Shown here one piece after another: positions 29,408 through 48,445 of a stretch of 64,000 nt of DNA. The number at the start of each line of letters is the position of its first letter. Within the stretch, counting starts at the first letter, position 1. Both the position numbers and the translations under genes were made by a program. This DNA comes from Bugula neritina (lineage: Eukaryota; Animalia; Bryozoa), in contig OZ037769.1 of the NCBI GenBank assembly GCA_964035545.1, forward strand, positions 14,600,633-14,664,632. The letters run 5' to 3'. The notes under the pieces were generated by a model, which saw only the letters and a program-made list of their open reading frames with translations, was not told where the DNA came from and ran no database searches.

Positions 29408-30919
29408 TTATCTAAAGTGTGTTTTCATGTGGTTAGTTAGATAGTATTTTCTGGTAAAAGTCTTGCTACAAGTTGCACATCTGTATGGCCTTTCTCCAGT
29501 GTGAGTTCTCATGTGAACAGATAAAATATTACTCTGTCGAAAATTCTTATTGCATACTTTGCACCTGTAAGGTTTTTCCCCACTATGTATCCTCATATGA
29601 GTGGTTAAATGTACCTTTTGTTTAAAAGTCTTGCTGCAACTGTCACACCTGTAAGGTTTTTCTCCACTATGAACTTTTATATGCCTTAATAGATCACTTC
29701 TTTGTGTGAAAGTCTTGTCACATAATTTGCAATTGTATGGCTTTTCTCTAGTATGACTTCTTATATAAACAATTAGATTTCCTTTTCCTATAAAAGTTTT
29801 ATCACAATTATCACATTTGTAAGGCCTTTCTCCAGTGTGCACTCTCATATGAACAATTAAAGCCCCTTTGCAGCTAAATGTCTGGCCACATGTTTCACAT
29901 CTGTATGGCTTCTCTTCACTGTGTGTCCTCATATATGAAGAGATAGAGTACTACTTTGTTGAAAAGTCTTATTGCATACTTTGCACCTGTAAGGTCTTTC
30001 TCCAGTGTGTATTCTCATATGAACAGATAAACTACTTCTCCGTGTATATGTTTTGTCACACTTTTCACATTTGTATGGCTTCTTAAAAGTGTGTTTTTGC
30101 AAGGGGTTTATAGTTAGTTCGTCCTTGTTTTCGAAAATGGTGTTCCATGTTTCAAATTCATAAAAGTTTTCTTCATGTTTTATGTTCATATATTCAGGTA
30201 ACTCTTGAGACTGTGAAACCTGTTTGCAATGATTTCTGTATGAGTCATTTTTTTCTAGCTCCATGCATGTTCTGAAGTGTTCTTCACACTTCACACACAT
30301 TTCAGGCTCTCTACTATCTTCTTTTGTGTCAAAGCCAAAAAACGAATAAATGAAGGCTTCCCCACACTCCCTACATATTTTAAAATGTTTATTGCTGTGC
30401 ATACTAGGATAGTCATTTGAAACTGATGTCTGTGAACAACCTTCTTCTTTTGTGTCATCAGCTTCAACTTTGAACTCTAAAAGAGGAGATTCCAGATTCT
30501 CACCTCTCTCTTTATAATTCTCAGATGCAAAGTCTTGCTCTGGAATAATAATAGTAAACATTTACAATTTACTGAGATAAAATATAAATGGAAGCAGCAG
30601 TGGTTTAGAGGTTAAAGCATTTGCTTTGTGAACACAAAATCATGGGTTCAAACCCATGATTTTAGAAAGAGCATCCAGTCTTGCTCTGAAATATTGTAAT
30701 ATCAAAAATGTACCTATATATGTGTTGCTTTATTAAAAACTCAAGGCCTATAAGTCTATATAGTAGTTCAAGAAAACCCCATTACAGGAAGATGAAGACA
30801 AATGCTTGCAAAATTTGTGAGCTAGAAAAACAAAATATTCTAATAGATTTATAAATAGAATCAAATTGTTTTTATAAAAAGCATCAGAAGACAACTTTTT
30901 ACTCACCACTGATAGACAT
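29408..30919 (-). pseudogene. ZNF4: eight-finger C2H2 gene with a +2 frameshift in finger 2
   Basis: Mini-exon 30919-30907, main exon from 30539. CATATATG at about 29930-29937 splits the ORF into 30561-29929 and 29932-29408, which overlap at ATGA. Confidence 0.88.
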
Positions 30920-31049
30920 CTTGATATTTTAGTATTTCTATACTAAACTGATTAAAATAATAAAATATTCTCAAAATATTCTGTCTAATAAACAGAAGTA
31001 CTAAATTAAAAGTGGTAAAGCTTTAGAAAAACTTGGAAATCTCAAAATA

Positions 31050-34000
31050 AGGAGTTATAGCTAAAAAGCCATATGGAATTGTTACTAGCAAATGTTAAAA
31101 CCCGTAATGGAAAGATAAAGACTTGCTTATATTTAGTTGCTAAAAGCTTTGAGGATGAGAAGGTATTGGGAAGCAGCAATTGATAGACATATTTTATAAA
31201 TTATTCCTTGAAATTTGGTGAAGGTAAAGCCTGTCAGTCAAAGTCTTCAAACAGATTCCAGTATATTCTTATATTCTCACTGTACAGGACTCCATAAGCA
31301 ATGACATGCAGCATCAGTAGCTCAAGGATTATAGTCAGTAGACGTATTAAAAGCATATGATGCTATATAAACAATGAATACTCATTTATGAAATATTTTC
31401 TCGTTCTTTTTATTTCACATTATAGATACTGGGAGCTGAACAAAAACATTTTCTTTTCTTCCTTGTTTCCAGTGTAAGTTGAATTACTTGCATTTTTTCA
31501 AATATAATATAGTTAACTATATTAACAAAACAATTTGTTTCAAAATTTTTTTTTGATATATATAATCAGTATCAGAATTTAAAAAAATATTTTTAGTGCA
31601 ATCATAACAAGCATATTACCATACTTTGAAACTTTCATTTTTGTTGTTTCATGTTTATGTTCAGTGTACAAGCTATGTTTTAGATTAGCAGAGCCTATTA
31701 TGGTTAAAATTAAATTAGATATGATGAAAAGATGCAAAACCTGCTATAATATGTATAATTAAAGTGAATTTTATTTAAAAAAACAAGTGGTCTTATTAAG
31801 ATCAACACTTTTAAATTGACAGAAGTAATTATTGCCTTAATGCATATACTATAACATTACAGATTTGGTAGGGGAGGGGGGGGGTTTGTTTTCTTTTATA
31901 TTCAGCTTCAACATAAATTCCTATAACTATTCATAATTATTAAAATTCTTTCATACAATATACTATGATTATTTAGCAAACTTTAGGTATTAATTTATGC
32001 TAACATTGTATGTATTAATTGTCAGTATTTAAGTTATTTAAAGAATCTTCTCACAAAATAATGACATCACTATTAAATATTTGAAGCCACTGTTTGGTCA
32101 CAAATCTCTCTGCGGGATAAGAAATCAGACATGAATCTTACAGACAGATAACTCAGAGTTGGTTCACTTTCTGCTGAGTTTGTTTCTATACTCATGAGTA
32201 AATCCACATGTAGATGGTATATATAATATGTTTTAACTTCATTATAGATGAAGGCTCGCACTTAATTTACATTTGCACTGTATTTGGTCGTACATGGATC
32301 TTGAGTGAATGAAATGAATTTTTATCTTCATTAGTTTTTAACTCATGTTTAAATATCCTGATTAGATAAAATTATTTTTTCATCAGCATGTTTAAAATCA
32401 GCTTTGCATTAAAATTTACTGGTAATTTTACTACAAGAAAATATTTGAATTTTTACTTATACAGATTTTAGCAAGAGTTGCTGTAACATCTTTCTCTGTG
32501 CAAGACAAACTGACACATAACCCAGTGATTTATCTTGATTTACATGTTTAAATGACTAGACTATGAATTGTGTCTTATTTTTCTACTTCTCCGTCATGAG
32601 TGTAGCTTCTGGTAAGTGATGGTTTTATATAAACTTCATGTAAACAAGATAACTGTAATTATTATTTTAGTTTACTAATATAATAATATATAGTCTACTT
32701 GTATATGCAGCATGGTCTAGTACAACTATATATATACAATATACTGTATACTATTCTTTTTGCTGACTAATGTTACTGCAGTTTTCAACTTTTATCTTGT
32801 TTATTAGTCTTTTAAAATAGCTAAATAGTATTATTGTATTTGTTCTTGGCAGCACACATTTAATTACTTTTGATGAAAAATGGCAATACTTATAGTTAAT
32901 TTTATCTGCCTCAGCTACTTGCTAGTGAAAAATTCTTCTGAATGTTAACTCAACAAAAAAAATAATTTCTTTTTATAACCTAACTTTCTTACTATGTAAC
33001 AAAATCAGTGTGATTATCATTATTTATACTGTGCAAATGTTTTTAAACTTCACATCTATAAAGATCATGTTGAAAGAAACTACAACAACCAGTATATGGA
33101 ATTGCAAGTTTTTCTTTAGTTTTGAAACTATATTATAGAAAACTAATTTTAAACATAATTAATTTTTGCTGTGTACTTTATAGGTTTAGGAAGAAAACAC
33201 TGCAATATATTTTTATAATAATAAAAATTAAGCCAGATTTTAGTCTAAAAACTATTATGTATATAGAAATTATAGAATTCAATAGTAGATTTACTTAACT
33301 AAAATATTCAATTATGTAAACAATCATGTAAACAAAAATTAATGACATCATAATTATATGAATATAAATTTAAAATTAATATAATACTATAAATAAATGC
33401 TTGTAATATTTGTTATCCTTGCGTTACCAAAAATTAACATATTTTGGGGTTAATATTGATTTTGATGACTGAATTTTTTGCAGGCATTCATTGTACCAGC
33501 TGCTGATGTTGATATCGATCGATTTTTGAAGAATGTCAGCGGAAACTTTCCACAATCTGATTGGCTGAAACAACATCATGGGGTATCCTGTTTAAAAACT
33601 ATAAGAAACATCTTGCAAGACGCTCAGTAACAATTTCAATCCTGTTACAGCTGCTATAAAAACACTTCATTACAGGAACACCAAGTTTGTGTAATGAAAT
33701 AAGCTGAAAGAGTTACATAACAATATTAAATAACAAGTGTATATTCTGCGGTGGTGAATGCCAGTATAGAAATGGTCTGTCTAAAAGTAGCCAAGATCTT
33801 TTTGGCTGAGAAAAGTTTATTGCTAAAGAGAATATCTTATAGACTGCATACCCTAAGACAGCGACAGTTAAACCAGCTACAGCAGCTATTCCAACTTTCT
33901 TCATAGTGCTGAGATTTTGCATGTTATTAACTAAACTGTATATTTCTATCAACTCATTTTTGTGGGAAGACTCCAGACTGGTGTATCTCCTCTGGCAGAG

Positions 34001-34250
34001 TAGTGTATATATATATACCTTTTAGTCATATATCTTTTTTGGCCAGCAATTACCGGTCTACCCTCTTCCCACAATCTCCAATGCAGTTGCCTTCTATTTG
34101 AGACCCGCTCTGTATACACATTCACAGCCTAATTACCATTTATTTAATATAGGCGTGTAAAAAATATTCAAAATAGTATTCAATGCTAAATGCTATTTAC
34201 TGCCTAATATTTAATATGAAAGTTGATGAATATTTTATGCATGCCAATAA
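31050..34250 (-). pseudogene. Decayed unknown gene(s), copy 1, co-duplicated with the ZNF genes
   Basis: Protein-like broken frames: MKKVGIAAVAGLTVAVLGYAVYK (hydrophobic anchor), PMMLFQPIRLWKVSADILQK, CIGDCGKRVDR..TLPEEIHQSGVFPQK. Four paralogous copies in the window. Confidence 0.5.
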
Positions 34251-35031
34251 GTGAACAATTAGACCTCCTTTCTGTCTAAAAATTGCATTATTCATTTGTT
34301 ATAAAAATTTACTTCATTTGTGTCTCACAGTTATAACAGAATTTGTAATTTATTCAATATGCATGTAAACTAAAAATGAAAAACCACCTTTTTGACTAAA
34401 TAAATTCTAATTTTTCATCTTTCAAATATGAATCTATTTGGTTAGAAAAATATATTCTATAGCATATATAGCATATAGATAGTATATATTATGCTACATA
34501 ACATTTTTGCACAAAGTTATATAGATTGAATGCATTAAGACGTAAAAACAATATGTGCAATTAATTTATTAAATATATATGAATGATAAAAAATACACAA
34601 TTACTAATAATGACACTTAAGATGTCAGAAGAATAACTATCAACTGTCTGATTCAGTATATTTATAATTCATTTCTAAAAATAGTTTTCCATACTTTAAT
34701 CAAACCTCCTAAAAATTGTCTAAATATTAAAGTAACTTTACATCAATGGGCTAAAATTTATTCCAAATACATTAAACTACTCGGTTTGTCTCACTAAATG
34801 GTTGGTGATATAGAATTAACTTTGCTAAATGTTTTTAATTATATTTTATGTTTTAATGGTGTTTTATCTTAATATGCAATTAATTATATTTGATTATATA
34901 CTAAAACTAAACTATTAACATTTGAATTGTGTTTAAAATTATTCACAAGTTTACATTTGCATTTTCCATGCTATGTGTTTTCATACAATAGTCCGTCTGC
35001 TTTCTCTGAACATCTGGCCACATATTTCACA

Positions 35032-38884
<3,853 letters not shown>

Positions 38885-40970
38885 CTTGATATTTTAGTAT
38901 TTCTACTCAATCCTGATAAAATAATAAAATACTCTAAAAGATATCATGGCCAATAAACAGAAGTACTAAATTAAAAGTGAAAATGCTTTAGAAAAACTTG
39001 GAAATATTAAAATATAGGAAATTGTAGCTTAAAAAGCCATGGAACTGGTACAAGCAAAATTAAAAATCAAAATACACAACATAAAAACCAGCTATTTGGT
39101 TGCTGAAAGCTTTGAGGATAAGAAAATATTAGAAAAGCAGCAACTGATAGACATATCTTATAAATTATTGCTTGAAAATTTGGTGAAGGTAAAGCCTCTC
39201 AGTCAAAGTCTTATAAATTATTCTTTGAAATTTATTGCTAATGTTTGTGCAACTTGCATGGGTGGATATATATATAAGTATATATATATACCTATCTCAA
39301 CATCACCAAAAAACTATTATAGAAGAAATCTCTCTATATTATTTATTAATAAACCCTTTAAAAATCCTAGATAAATAGAACAATAATGGCAAACATTTAT
39401 ATTTTTTCAACCTTGAGTTGCTTTAAATTTAAAAATGACTTCTAATATTATAACTCCACGCCATAAAATACTTTTTGTAGGCAGATGTCTATAAAGCTTA
39501 CCCAGCTGTGAGTTCACCTCAAACATCAACTAAATTCTAAGAATACTCTTGTGAATAGATAACTTATGGTGCCTATTTAATATATCTTACAGTCTATTAT
39601 AATCTATTATTAAAATGAGTAAAAGTCAAGTTCTAAAACAATCATGATGTTAAATATCAACTGACTGTAAAAATGGGTCTACGTGAATTTCATAAAACAG
39701 CCAACAAGTGGAACACTATTTTGTATATATAATTATATATATCAGTTATCAAATATAAATTTTTTTGTGTGGTAAGACTATAAATACAAGTGTTAGATAT
39801 ATAAGTTTTCAACTAAAAATATTAATTTAAAATCATATTGACCATTTAGTATTTATTTATTTTATTTCAATATATGTTATGTGTGAGAGTAACAGTTTAG
39901 TTACTGTTTTATATATAGTTCCATACTAAAGACCTGGCCTCATAATTGTGAGAATGACACGAAATTCATGTGATGATTTTAGTGAGTTATCTTCTCGTTG
40001 TGACAATATATGCTTTGCTCCAGATATTTTTTCAGGGTTAACCTAAATAAAAATCAACTAATACAAAGGACTTCAAATATATTAGTTTCCTTATTACCTT
40101 TTCTCCACAGAATTTTAAAACTGCTCATAAGCATTTATGCTTTAAATTTTACTCGTATATATAATAGTGTTTTGCTTGATATTCTTAAACAATTAACCAG
40201 CTTTTACAACATTTCTTCAAAACCTTTCTATTGCACCTCCCTCCATGGAGCATTTTACTAGTGCTAATTTATACCTTTATATATTAGCCTTTTAAACATA
40301 TATTAGGATAAATCTCTTCTGATAAATCATTCCTAAAATTTTAAAAATTACCATGCATGAGGCTTTTGTTACTAAAATTTGAGACATTATGTAATGGTAT
40401 TTCTACATTATTATGCCACTTAATTGTACAACCTGAATACATAACATCTTTTCACAAACTCATATAAATTGTGTATTAGATATTAAAATATATGAACATA
40501 ATTTATTATATATAAGAATAATCAAAATTATACAATTACTAATAATAAAACTTACAATACTAAATGAATAACTGAAAACTCTTTGTTTCCTCGTTAATGA
40601 TACATTTATAAAAACAGTTTTCCATGCACTGACCAAAGCAATAATTAGACCATTACCATTGACCACAAACATATTAAAACAATAATCTAAATGTTGATGT
40701 TAAAAGTTATTCCAAATACATTAAACTAATTAGTTTGTCTCACTAATTGGTTGGTAAAACAGATGTAGTTTTGCTAAATTTTGTGGATCATATTTCATGG
40801 TTTAATGGTGTTTCTTCTCTCCCCTCTCCTATGTAATGTTGTATATGATTATAGTTGAATTAGAATTGTGTCCTAAAGTTTTCACAAGTTTGCATTTGCA
40901 TTTTCCATGCTATACTTTCAGATAACAGTATATGTCTGCTTTCTCTGAAAGTCTGGCCACATATTTCACA

Positions 40971-42650
40971 TTATTCTCTAGAGTGTAATTTCATGTGGTT
41001 AGTTAGATTTTGGTTTGTGATAAAAGTCTTGCTACAAGTTGCACATCTGTATGGCTTTTCTCCAGTATGAGTTCTCATATGCACAATTAGATGTCCTTTG
41101 TGGCTAAAATTCTTCCCACATGTTTCACATCTGTAAGGTTTTTCTCCACTGTGTATCCTCATATGAACCAATAGATTGCTACTTTGTATGAAAGTTTTGT
41201 CACATAATTTGCATTTGTGAGGCTTTTCTCCAGTGTGAGTTTTTATGTGAAGAGTTAGGTGGGCTTTTCGCTTAAAAGTATTGCTACAAAATTCACATCT
41301 GTAAGGCTTTGCTCCACTGTGTATCCTCATATGAACAATTAAAACTCCTTTTCGTTTAAAATTCTTCCCACATGTCTCACATCTGTAAGGTTTTTCTTCA
41401 CTGTGTATTCTCATATGAAGAGATAAACTACTTCTCCGTGTATATGCTTTGTCACACTTTTCACATTTGTGTGGTTTTTCTTTAGTATGAGTTCTCATAT
41501 GGACAGTTAGATCTCCTTTTCGTATAAAAGTTTTATCACAACTTTCACATTTGTAAGGTCTTTCTCCAGTGTGTATTCTCATATGAACAACTAGAGCTCC
41601 TTTGTGGGTAAAAGACTGCCCACATGTTTCACACCTGCACAGGTTATCTCCACTATGTATTCTCATATGAATAGATAAATTACTTTTTCGTGTATATGCT
41701 TTGTCACACTTTTCACATTTGTATGACTTTTCCAAGGTATGTTTTATCACAGGGTGAGTTGGTTTATTCCTGTTTTTCAAAAAGGTGTTCCATGTTTCAA
41801 ATTCATAAAAGTTTTTTTCATGGTTTATGTTCATATATTTAGGTAACTGTTGAGATTCTAAAACCTGTTTGCAATGATTTCTGTATGAGTCATTCTTTTC
41901 TAGCACCATGCATATTCTTAAGTGTTCTTCACACTTCACACACCTTATGAGCTCTTTACTATCTCCTTGTGCGTCAAGGCCAAATGACAAATAAAAGAAG
42001 TTGTCCCCACATTCACTGCATCTTTTAAGAGGTTTATTGCTGTGCGATGTAGCATAGTTATATGAAACTGGCGTCTGTGAACAACCTTCTTCTTTTGTGG
42101 CATCTGCTTCAACTTTAAACTTTAAAAGAGGAAATTCCAGATTCTCATCTCTGTCATTATTCTCAAATGCTAAGTCTTGCTCTAGATCTTCAATGTTAAA
42201 CATTCAAAATTCACTTAGATAAAATATATAATTGAGCAGCTGTGGTCTAGGAGTTAAGTTGTAGTGTTTGCTTTGTGAAAACGAATTTATGGCTTTGAAC
42301 CCTGACAAAGGCCATTGGTGATGTTAGAAAAAGCATCTAGTCATAATTGCTATTACTGCAGGTCTTATTTAAAATATTTTTTAGCCCATTCTAACAAAGA
42401 GCTTTTTCATCATGTAGGATTCTCACAAGGATATCGACTATTAAATTTCTTGAGTTTAAAATATAGAAGTTGAGCTATATATAGTAGTTCAAGCAATGCA
42501 TGAGGAGATAAAAACAAATACATGAAAAATTGGTAAGTAAAATACAAACTGTGAAAGTTACTAAAACAACATATCTAAATAGATTTGTCCTTATAACTTG
42601 TTTTATAAACAATAATGGAATGCAATTCTTTACTCACCACTGATAGACAT
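40971..42650 (-). CDS. ZNF6: intact C2H2 zinc-finger protein, 9 fingers (join 42650-42638, 42181-40971)
   Basis: Open frame MSISEQDLAFENND...FKVE...CSEC-x22-CVKC...9 fingers...HSRE*, with canonical GT/AG splice sites. Confidence 0.9.
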
Positions 42651-42799
42651 CTTGAAATTTTAGTATTTCTATACTCAACTAAACAAAATAATAAAATACT
42701 CTAGAAAATATTACGTCTAATAAACAGAAGTACTAAATTAAAAGTTCTAAAGTTTTAGAAAATCTCGTAAATCTCCAAATTCGGAATAATAGCTTGAAA

Positions 42800-45700
42800 A
42801 GCTATAAAATTATTACTAGCAAAATTTAAAACTCTTGATGAAAATATAAAGACTTGCTATTTGGTTGCTGAAAGCTTTGAGGACTATAGTAGCAGGGCAA
42901 AGATTACAGCTAGTTATAAATCTATTAAAAACATTTGATAATATATAAACACTGAATGCTCATTCATGAAAGCTTCTTTTGATCTTTTTATTTACCATAT
43001 TATAGAAAATTGTAATTAAACAACAGATATTTTTTTATTTCATGTTTCCAGTGTAAGTTGCATTACTTGTTTTTTTTTCCAGATATAAAATAGTTAAATA
43101 TTAACAAACCAATTCTCTTCAAAATTTTTCCCCGATATGGTCAGTATCAGATTTAAAAAATATTTCTAATGCAAACATAACAATTAGCATACCATAGTTT
43201 GCAGTTTTGATTTTTGCTGTTTCAAGTCTACAATGTCTAAAATACAAGCATTATTTTAAATCAGTATAAACCACATCATTATTCAAATTAAGTTAGATCT
43301 GATGGAAAGATGCAAAAACTGCCAATTGTTTAATAAAATTAAACTTTATTTGAAAACATAAATGATCTCTATAAAACCCAAGACTCATCAACTGGCTGCA
43401 GTAATGATTGCCTCAATGCATGCATATATACTACAACATGATATATAGCTTTTTAGACACAACTTAAAGTTTTCAGTTATTTTCAGCTTCAATTACTTAA
43501 ATTTTGATGGCTATTCAGGATTATTAAAATTATTTTGTATAATATATTATGATTATTTAGCATACTTTAAGTATCTATTTATGCTGACTTTGTTTTTAAT
43601 TATTGTCAGCATTTAAGATATTTAAATTATCTTCTCACAAAATAATGACATCACTATTAAATATTTGAAGCCACTGTTTAGTGACAAACCTTTCTGCAAG
43701 ATAAGAAAACAGACATGATTTTTGCAGACAGTTAACTCAGAGTTGGTTCACTTTCTGCTGAGTTTGTTTCTATACTCGTAAGTAAATTCAATGTATGTAG
43801 ATGGTATAATATAATATGTTTTAACATATAATATACTTAATTTCCACTTGTATACTGTATTTGGTCGTACATCAATCCTAAATGAATGAAATGAATTTTC
43901 AGCTTAATTAGTTTTTAATTTATGTTTAAGTATTCTGATTAGATAAAATTATCTTTCCATCAGCATGTTTAAAATTAGTTTTGCATTGAAATTTACTCGT
44001 AATTTTACTGCAAGAAAATATTTGAATTCTTTACCTATACAGATTTTATAGCAAGTGTTGCTGTAGCATCTTTCTCCATGCAAGAGAATTGATGTCACAT
44101 CACCCAGAGATTCATTTTGATTTACATGGTTGAATGATACAGTATGAGTTGTGTCTCCTTTCTCGTGCTTCGATCTCAGTCATGAGTGTAGCTTCTGGTA
44201 AGTGAGGGTTTTGTACAAACTTCAAGTAAACAAGATGACTGTAATTATTACTTTAGTTTAATATTATAATAGTCTGCTTGTATATGCAACATGGTCTAGT
44301 ACAACTATATATATATATATATACTATATACTATTGCTTCTGCTGACCAATTTTACTGTAGTTTTCAACTTTTACTTGTTCGTTAGTATTTAAAATACCT
44401 ATAAATAATACTAATGCATTTATTCCTGACATATTCAATTACTTTAGAGGAAAAATTATGGTAAACTAATTTACTCTATTTGCCTCAACTACTTGCTATA
44501 AGTGAAACATTCTTCTGAATGCTAACTCAACAAAAAATATAATTTTTTTTTAATCTAACTTTTTTACTTACATGTAATGAAATCAGTATGATTATCATTA
44601 TTTACCATGCAAATGTTTTTTAAGCTTCACATCTATAAGATCATGTTAAAAGAAACTATAACAACCAGTTTGTTGAATTGAAAGTTTTCCTTAAGCCTTG
44701 GAACTATATCGAAAAATACTTTTAAACATATAATAATGCTAATATATTATAGGTTTAGGTTTAGGAAAAAAACACTGCAATCCTTGAACAATTAACAAGT
44801 AAGCCATAATTCAGTCGATGAAATATAATTATAAATATAGAAACCATAAAATTCAATAGCAAATATTTTACTAAACTAAAACATTCAACTATGGAAACAA
44901 TGACTACACAAAAATTAATGACATCATAATTATATGAACTAAATTAAATTTGAAATCATTTATCGAAATAAAGGTTTGTAATTTTTTCCCTGCCTTAGCA
45001 AAAACTAGCATTTGATGTTTAATATTGATTTTAATGACTGAATATTTTACAGGCAGCCATTATAGTCAGAAAAACTACTAATGTTGATATCAAATTATCT
45101 TTGAAGAATGTCAACAGAAACTATCCAAAATCTGATTGACCAAAACAGCATCATGGGGTTTCCTGTTTATAAACTATAAGTGACATCTTGTAAGACATGC
45201 AGTAACAGTTTCAATCCTGTTACAGCTGCTATAAAGACAATTAATTAATTACAGGAACACCAAGTTTGTGTAATGAAACAAACTAAAAGAGTTATATGAC
45301 ATTAAATAACAAGTGTATATTCTGCGGTGGTGAATGCCAGTAGAAATGGTCTGTCTAAAAGTAGCCAAGATCTTATTGGCTGAGAAAAGTTTATTGCTAA
45401 AGAGAGTATCTTATAGACTGCATACCCTAAGACAGTGACAGGTAAACCAGCTGCAGCAGCTATCCCAACTTTCTTCGTAGTGCTGAAATTTTGCATGTTA
45501 TTAACTAAACTGAGCTGTGCAAACATGCGCAAATGCATGAGTTTTATCAAACAAGTAATACAAAGAATTTCTACATATCATATAGGTATGCTATAATTAC
45601 CTCTCTTTTGCTTGAATCAATGAATTGAATCAGTAGGTAATCTTTATTGGTCATTTTTTCAATTAATTATAATAACACTATTACTGTTATTTTCATAATC

Positions 45701-46155
45701 TACTATATAGTGGCTAAAAGGAGAATATTTATATATTGATATTTTAATTATGAATATAATTTTCTATAGTATAATATAAAAGATATTTATTTTTATTGAT
45801 TTGCAAGAAAAATCTGTATTTAATTTTATTTGAGGAAATTTATCAGCATGTTTCTATCAACTCATTTTTGTGGGAAGACTCCAGACTGGTGTATCTCTTC
45901 TGGCAGAGTAGTGAATATATATACCTTTTAGTCATACATCTTGTCAACCAGCAATTACCGGTCTACCCTCTTCCCACAATCTGCAATGCAGTTACCGTCT
46001 ATTTAAGGCCTGCTCTGTATACACATTCACAGCCTAATTACCATTTATTTAATATAGACATGTATAAAATATTCAAAATAGTATTCAATGCTAAATGCTA
46101 TTTACTGCCTAATATTTAATATGAAAGTTGATAAATATTTTATGCATGCCAATAA
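42800..46155 (-). pseudogene. Decayed unknown gene(s), copy 2
   Basis: Homologous to 31050-34250; includes ORF 45302-45550 (KKVGIAAAAGLPVTVLGYAVYK). Confidence 0.5.
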
Positions 46156-46938
46156 GTGAACAATTAGATCTCCTTTCTGTCTAAAAATTGCATTATTCAT
46201 TTGTTATAAAAATTTACTTCATTTGTGTCTCACAGTTATAACAGAATTTGTAATTTATTCAATATGCATGTAAACTAAAAATGAAAAACCACCTTTTTGA
46301 CTAAATAAATTCTAATTTTTCATCTTTCAAATATGAATCTATTTGGTTAGAAAAATATATTCTATAGCATATATAGCATATATATATAGTATATATTATT
46401 ATGCTACATAACATTTTTGCACAAAGTTATATAGATTGAATGCATTTAGACATAAAAACAATATATGCAATTAATTTATTAAATATAAGAATGATAAAAA
46501 ATATACAATTACTAATAATGACACCTAAGATGTCAAATGAATAACTATCAACTGTCTGATTCAGTATTTATACTGCAATTCTAAAAATAGTTTTCCATAC
46601 TTTAATCAAACCTCTTAAAAAATTGTCTAAATATTAAAGTAACTTTACATCAATGGGCTAAAAGTTATTCCAAATACATTAAACTACTTGGTTTGTCTCA
46701 CTAAATGGTTGGTGATATAGAATTAACTTTGCTAAATGTTTTTAATTATATTTTATGTTTTAATGGTGTTTTATCTCAATATGCAATTAATTATATCTGA
46801 TTATATACTAAAACCAAACTATTAACATTTGAATTGTGTTTAAAATTATTCACAAGCTTACATTTGCATTTTCCATGCTATGTGTTTTCATACAATAGTC
46901 TGTCTGCTTTCTCTGAACATCTGGCCACATATTTCACA

Positions 46939-48445
46939 TTATTCTCTAGAGTGTACTTTCATGTGAAAAGTTAAACTTTGTCTTGACGTATAAGTCTTGC
47001 TACAAGTTTGACATCTGTATGGCTTTTCTCCAGTATGAGTTCTCATATGAACAATTAGATGTCCTTTCCATTTAAAATTCTTCTCACATTTTTCACAGCT
47101 GTAAGGTTTCTCTCCAGTGTGCATTCTTGTATGAATAGATAAATGGGCAATTTGTCTAAAAGTTTTATCACATACGTTGCATCTGTAAGGCTTTTCTCCA
47201 GTGTGCATTCTCATATGAACAACTAAAGCTACTTTGTAGCTAAAAGTTTTTCCACATGTTGCACACCTGTAAGGCTTTTCTCCACTGTGTACTCTCATAT
47301 GAATGGTGAGATCTCCTTTTCGTATAAAATTTTTATCACAACTTTCACACTTGTATGGTCTTTCCCCAGTGTGTATTCTCATATAAACATTTAGAGCTCC
47401 TTTGTGGGTAAAAGTTTGACCACATGTCTCACACCTGCAAAGGTTCTCTCCACTGTGTATTCTCATATGAACAGATAAACTACTTTTCTGTGTATATGAT
47501 TTGTCACACTTTTCACATTTGTATGGCTTTTCCAAATTGTATTTTTTCACCGGATTAAAAGTTAGTTCCTCCCTGTTTTTGAAAATAGTATGTGATGTTT
47601 TGAATTCATAAAAGTCTTCTTCATAGCTAATGCTCATATATTGAGGTAACTCCTGAGATTGTGAAACCTGTTTGCAATAATTTCTGTATGAGTCATTCTT
47701 TTCTAGCTCCGTGCATGTTTTAAAGTGTTCTTCACACTTCGCACACCTTTCAGGCTCTCTACTATCTTCTTCTGTGTCAAGGCCAAACAACAAATAAATG
47801 AAGGCTTCCCCACACTCACTACATCTTTTAAGATGTTCATTGCTGTGCATTGTAGGATAGTTATTTGAAACTGACGTTTGTGAACAACCTTCTTCTTTTG
47901 TGTCATCTGCTTCAACTTTAACCTCTAAAAAAGGAGATTCCAAATTCTCACCTCTCTCTCTATTTTTAGATGCTGATTCTTGCTCTGCAATATTAATATC
48001 AGAACTTTACAATTTAGTTTAATAAAACATGAAAGGGAGCAGCGGTGGTCTAGGGGTTAAAGCGTTTGCATTGTGAACACGAAGTCATGACTTCGAACCT
48101 TGCCGAAGGCCATTGGTGATGTTAGGAGGAGCATCTAGTCATAATTGCTCCTGTGACTCATTTAAAACAGTTCTTAGCACGTTCTAACAAAAACTATTTC
48201 TATCATGGAATCTCGTGAGAGAGCCACTATATAAACTTGTGTGAATTTAAAATATAAAAGTTGTTGTATATACAGCAGTTCAAGCAATACATGGGGAGAT
48301 AAAGAAAAATACATGCAAAAATTGTAAACTAGAAGCAACCTGTAAAACCTGCTAAAACAAAATATTCTTATAGATTTTTAAATTGAATAAAATTGTTTTT
48401 TAAAAAGCAATAGAAGGCAACTCTTTACTCACCACTGATAGACAT
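46939..48445 (-). CDS. ZNF7: intact C2H2 zinc-finger protein, 7 fingers (join 48445-48433, 47984-46939)
   Basis: Open frame [29 protein letters not shown]... Finger 2 has His replaced by Tyr. Confidence 0.88.
48036..48156 (+). mobile_element. Best-preserved copy of the intronic tRNA-derived SINE
   Basis: A-box TGGTCTAGGGG, anticodon-arm-like gcattgtgaac, B-box cttcgaacc, then ggccattggtgatgttaggaggagcatctagtcataa. Confidence 0.75.

Noticed and set aside
42183-42203. eh1/Groucho-like motif FNIEDL
   Set aside because: Falls in the intron under the better gene model and is not conserved among paralogs.
48036-48112. Functional tRNA gene
   Set aside because: Acceptor and anticodon stems do not pair, copies are divergent, and a SINE-like core follows.
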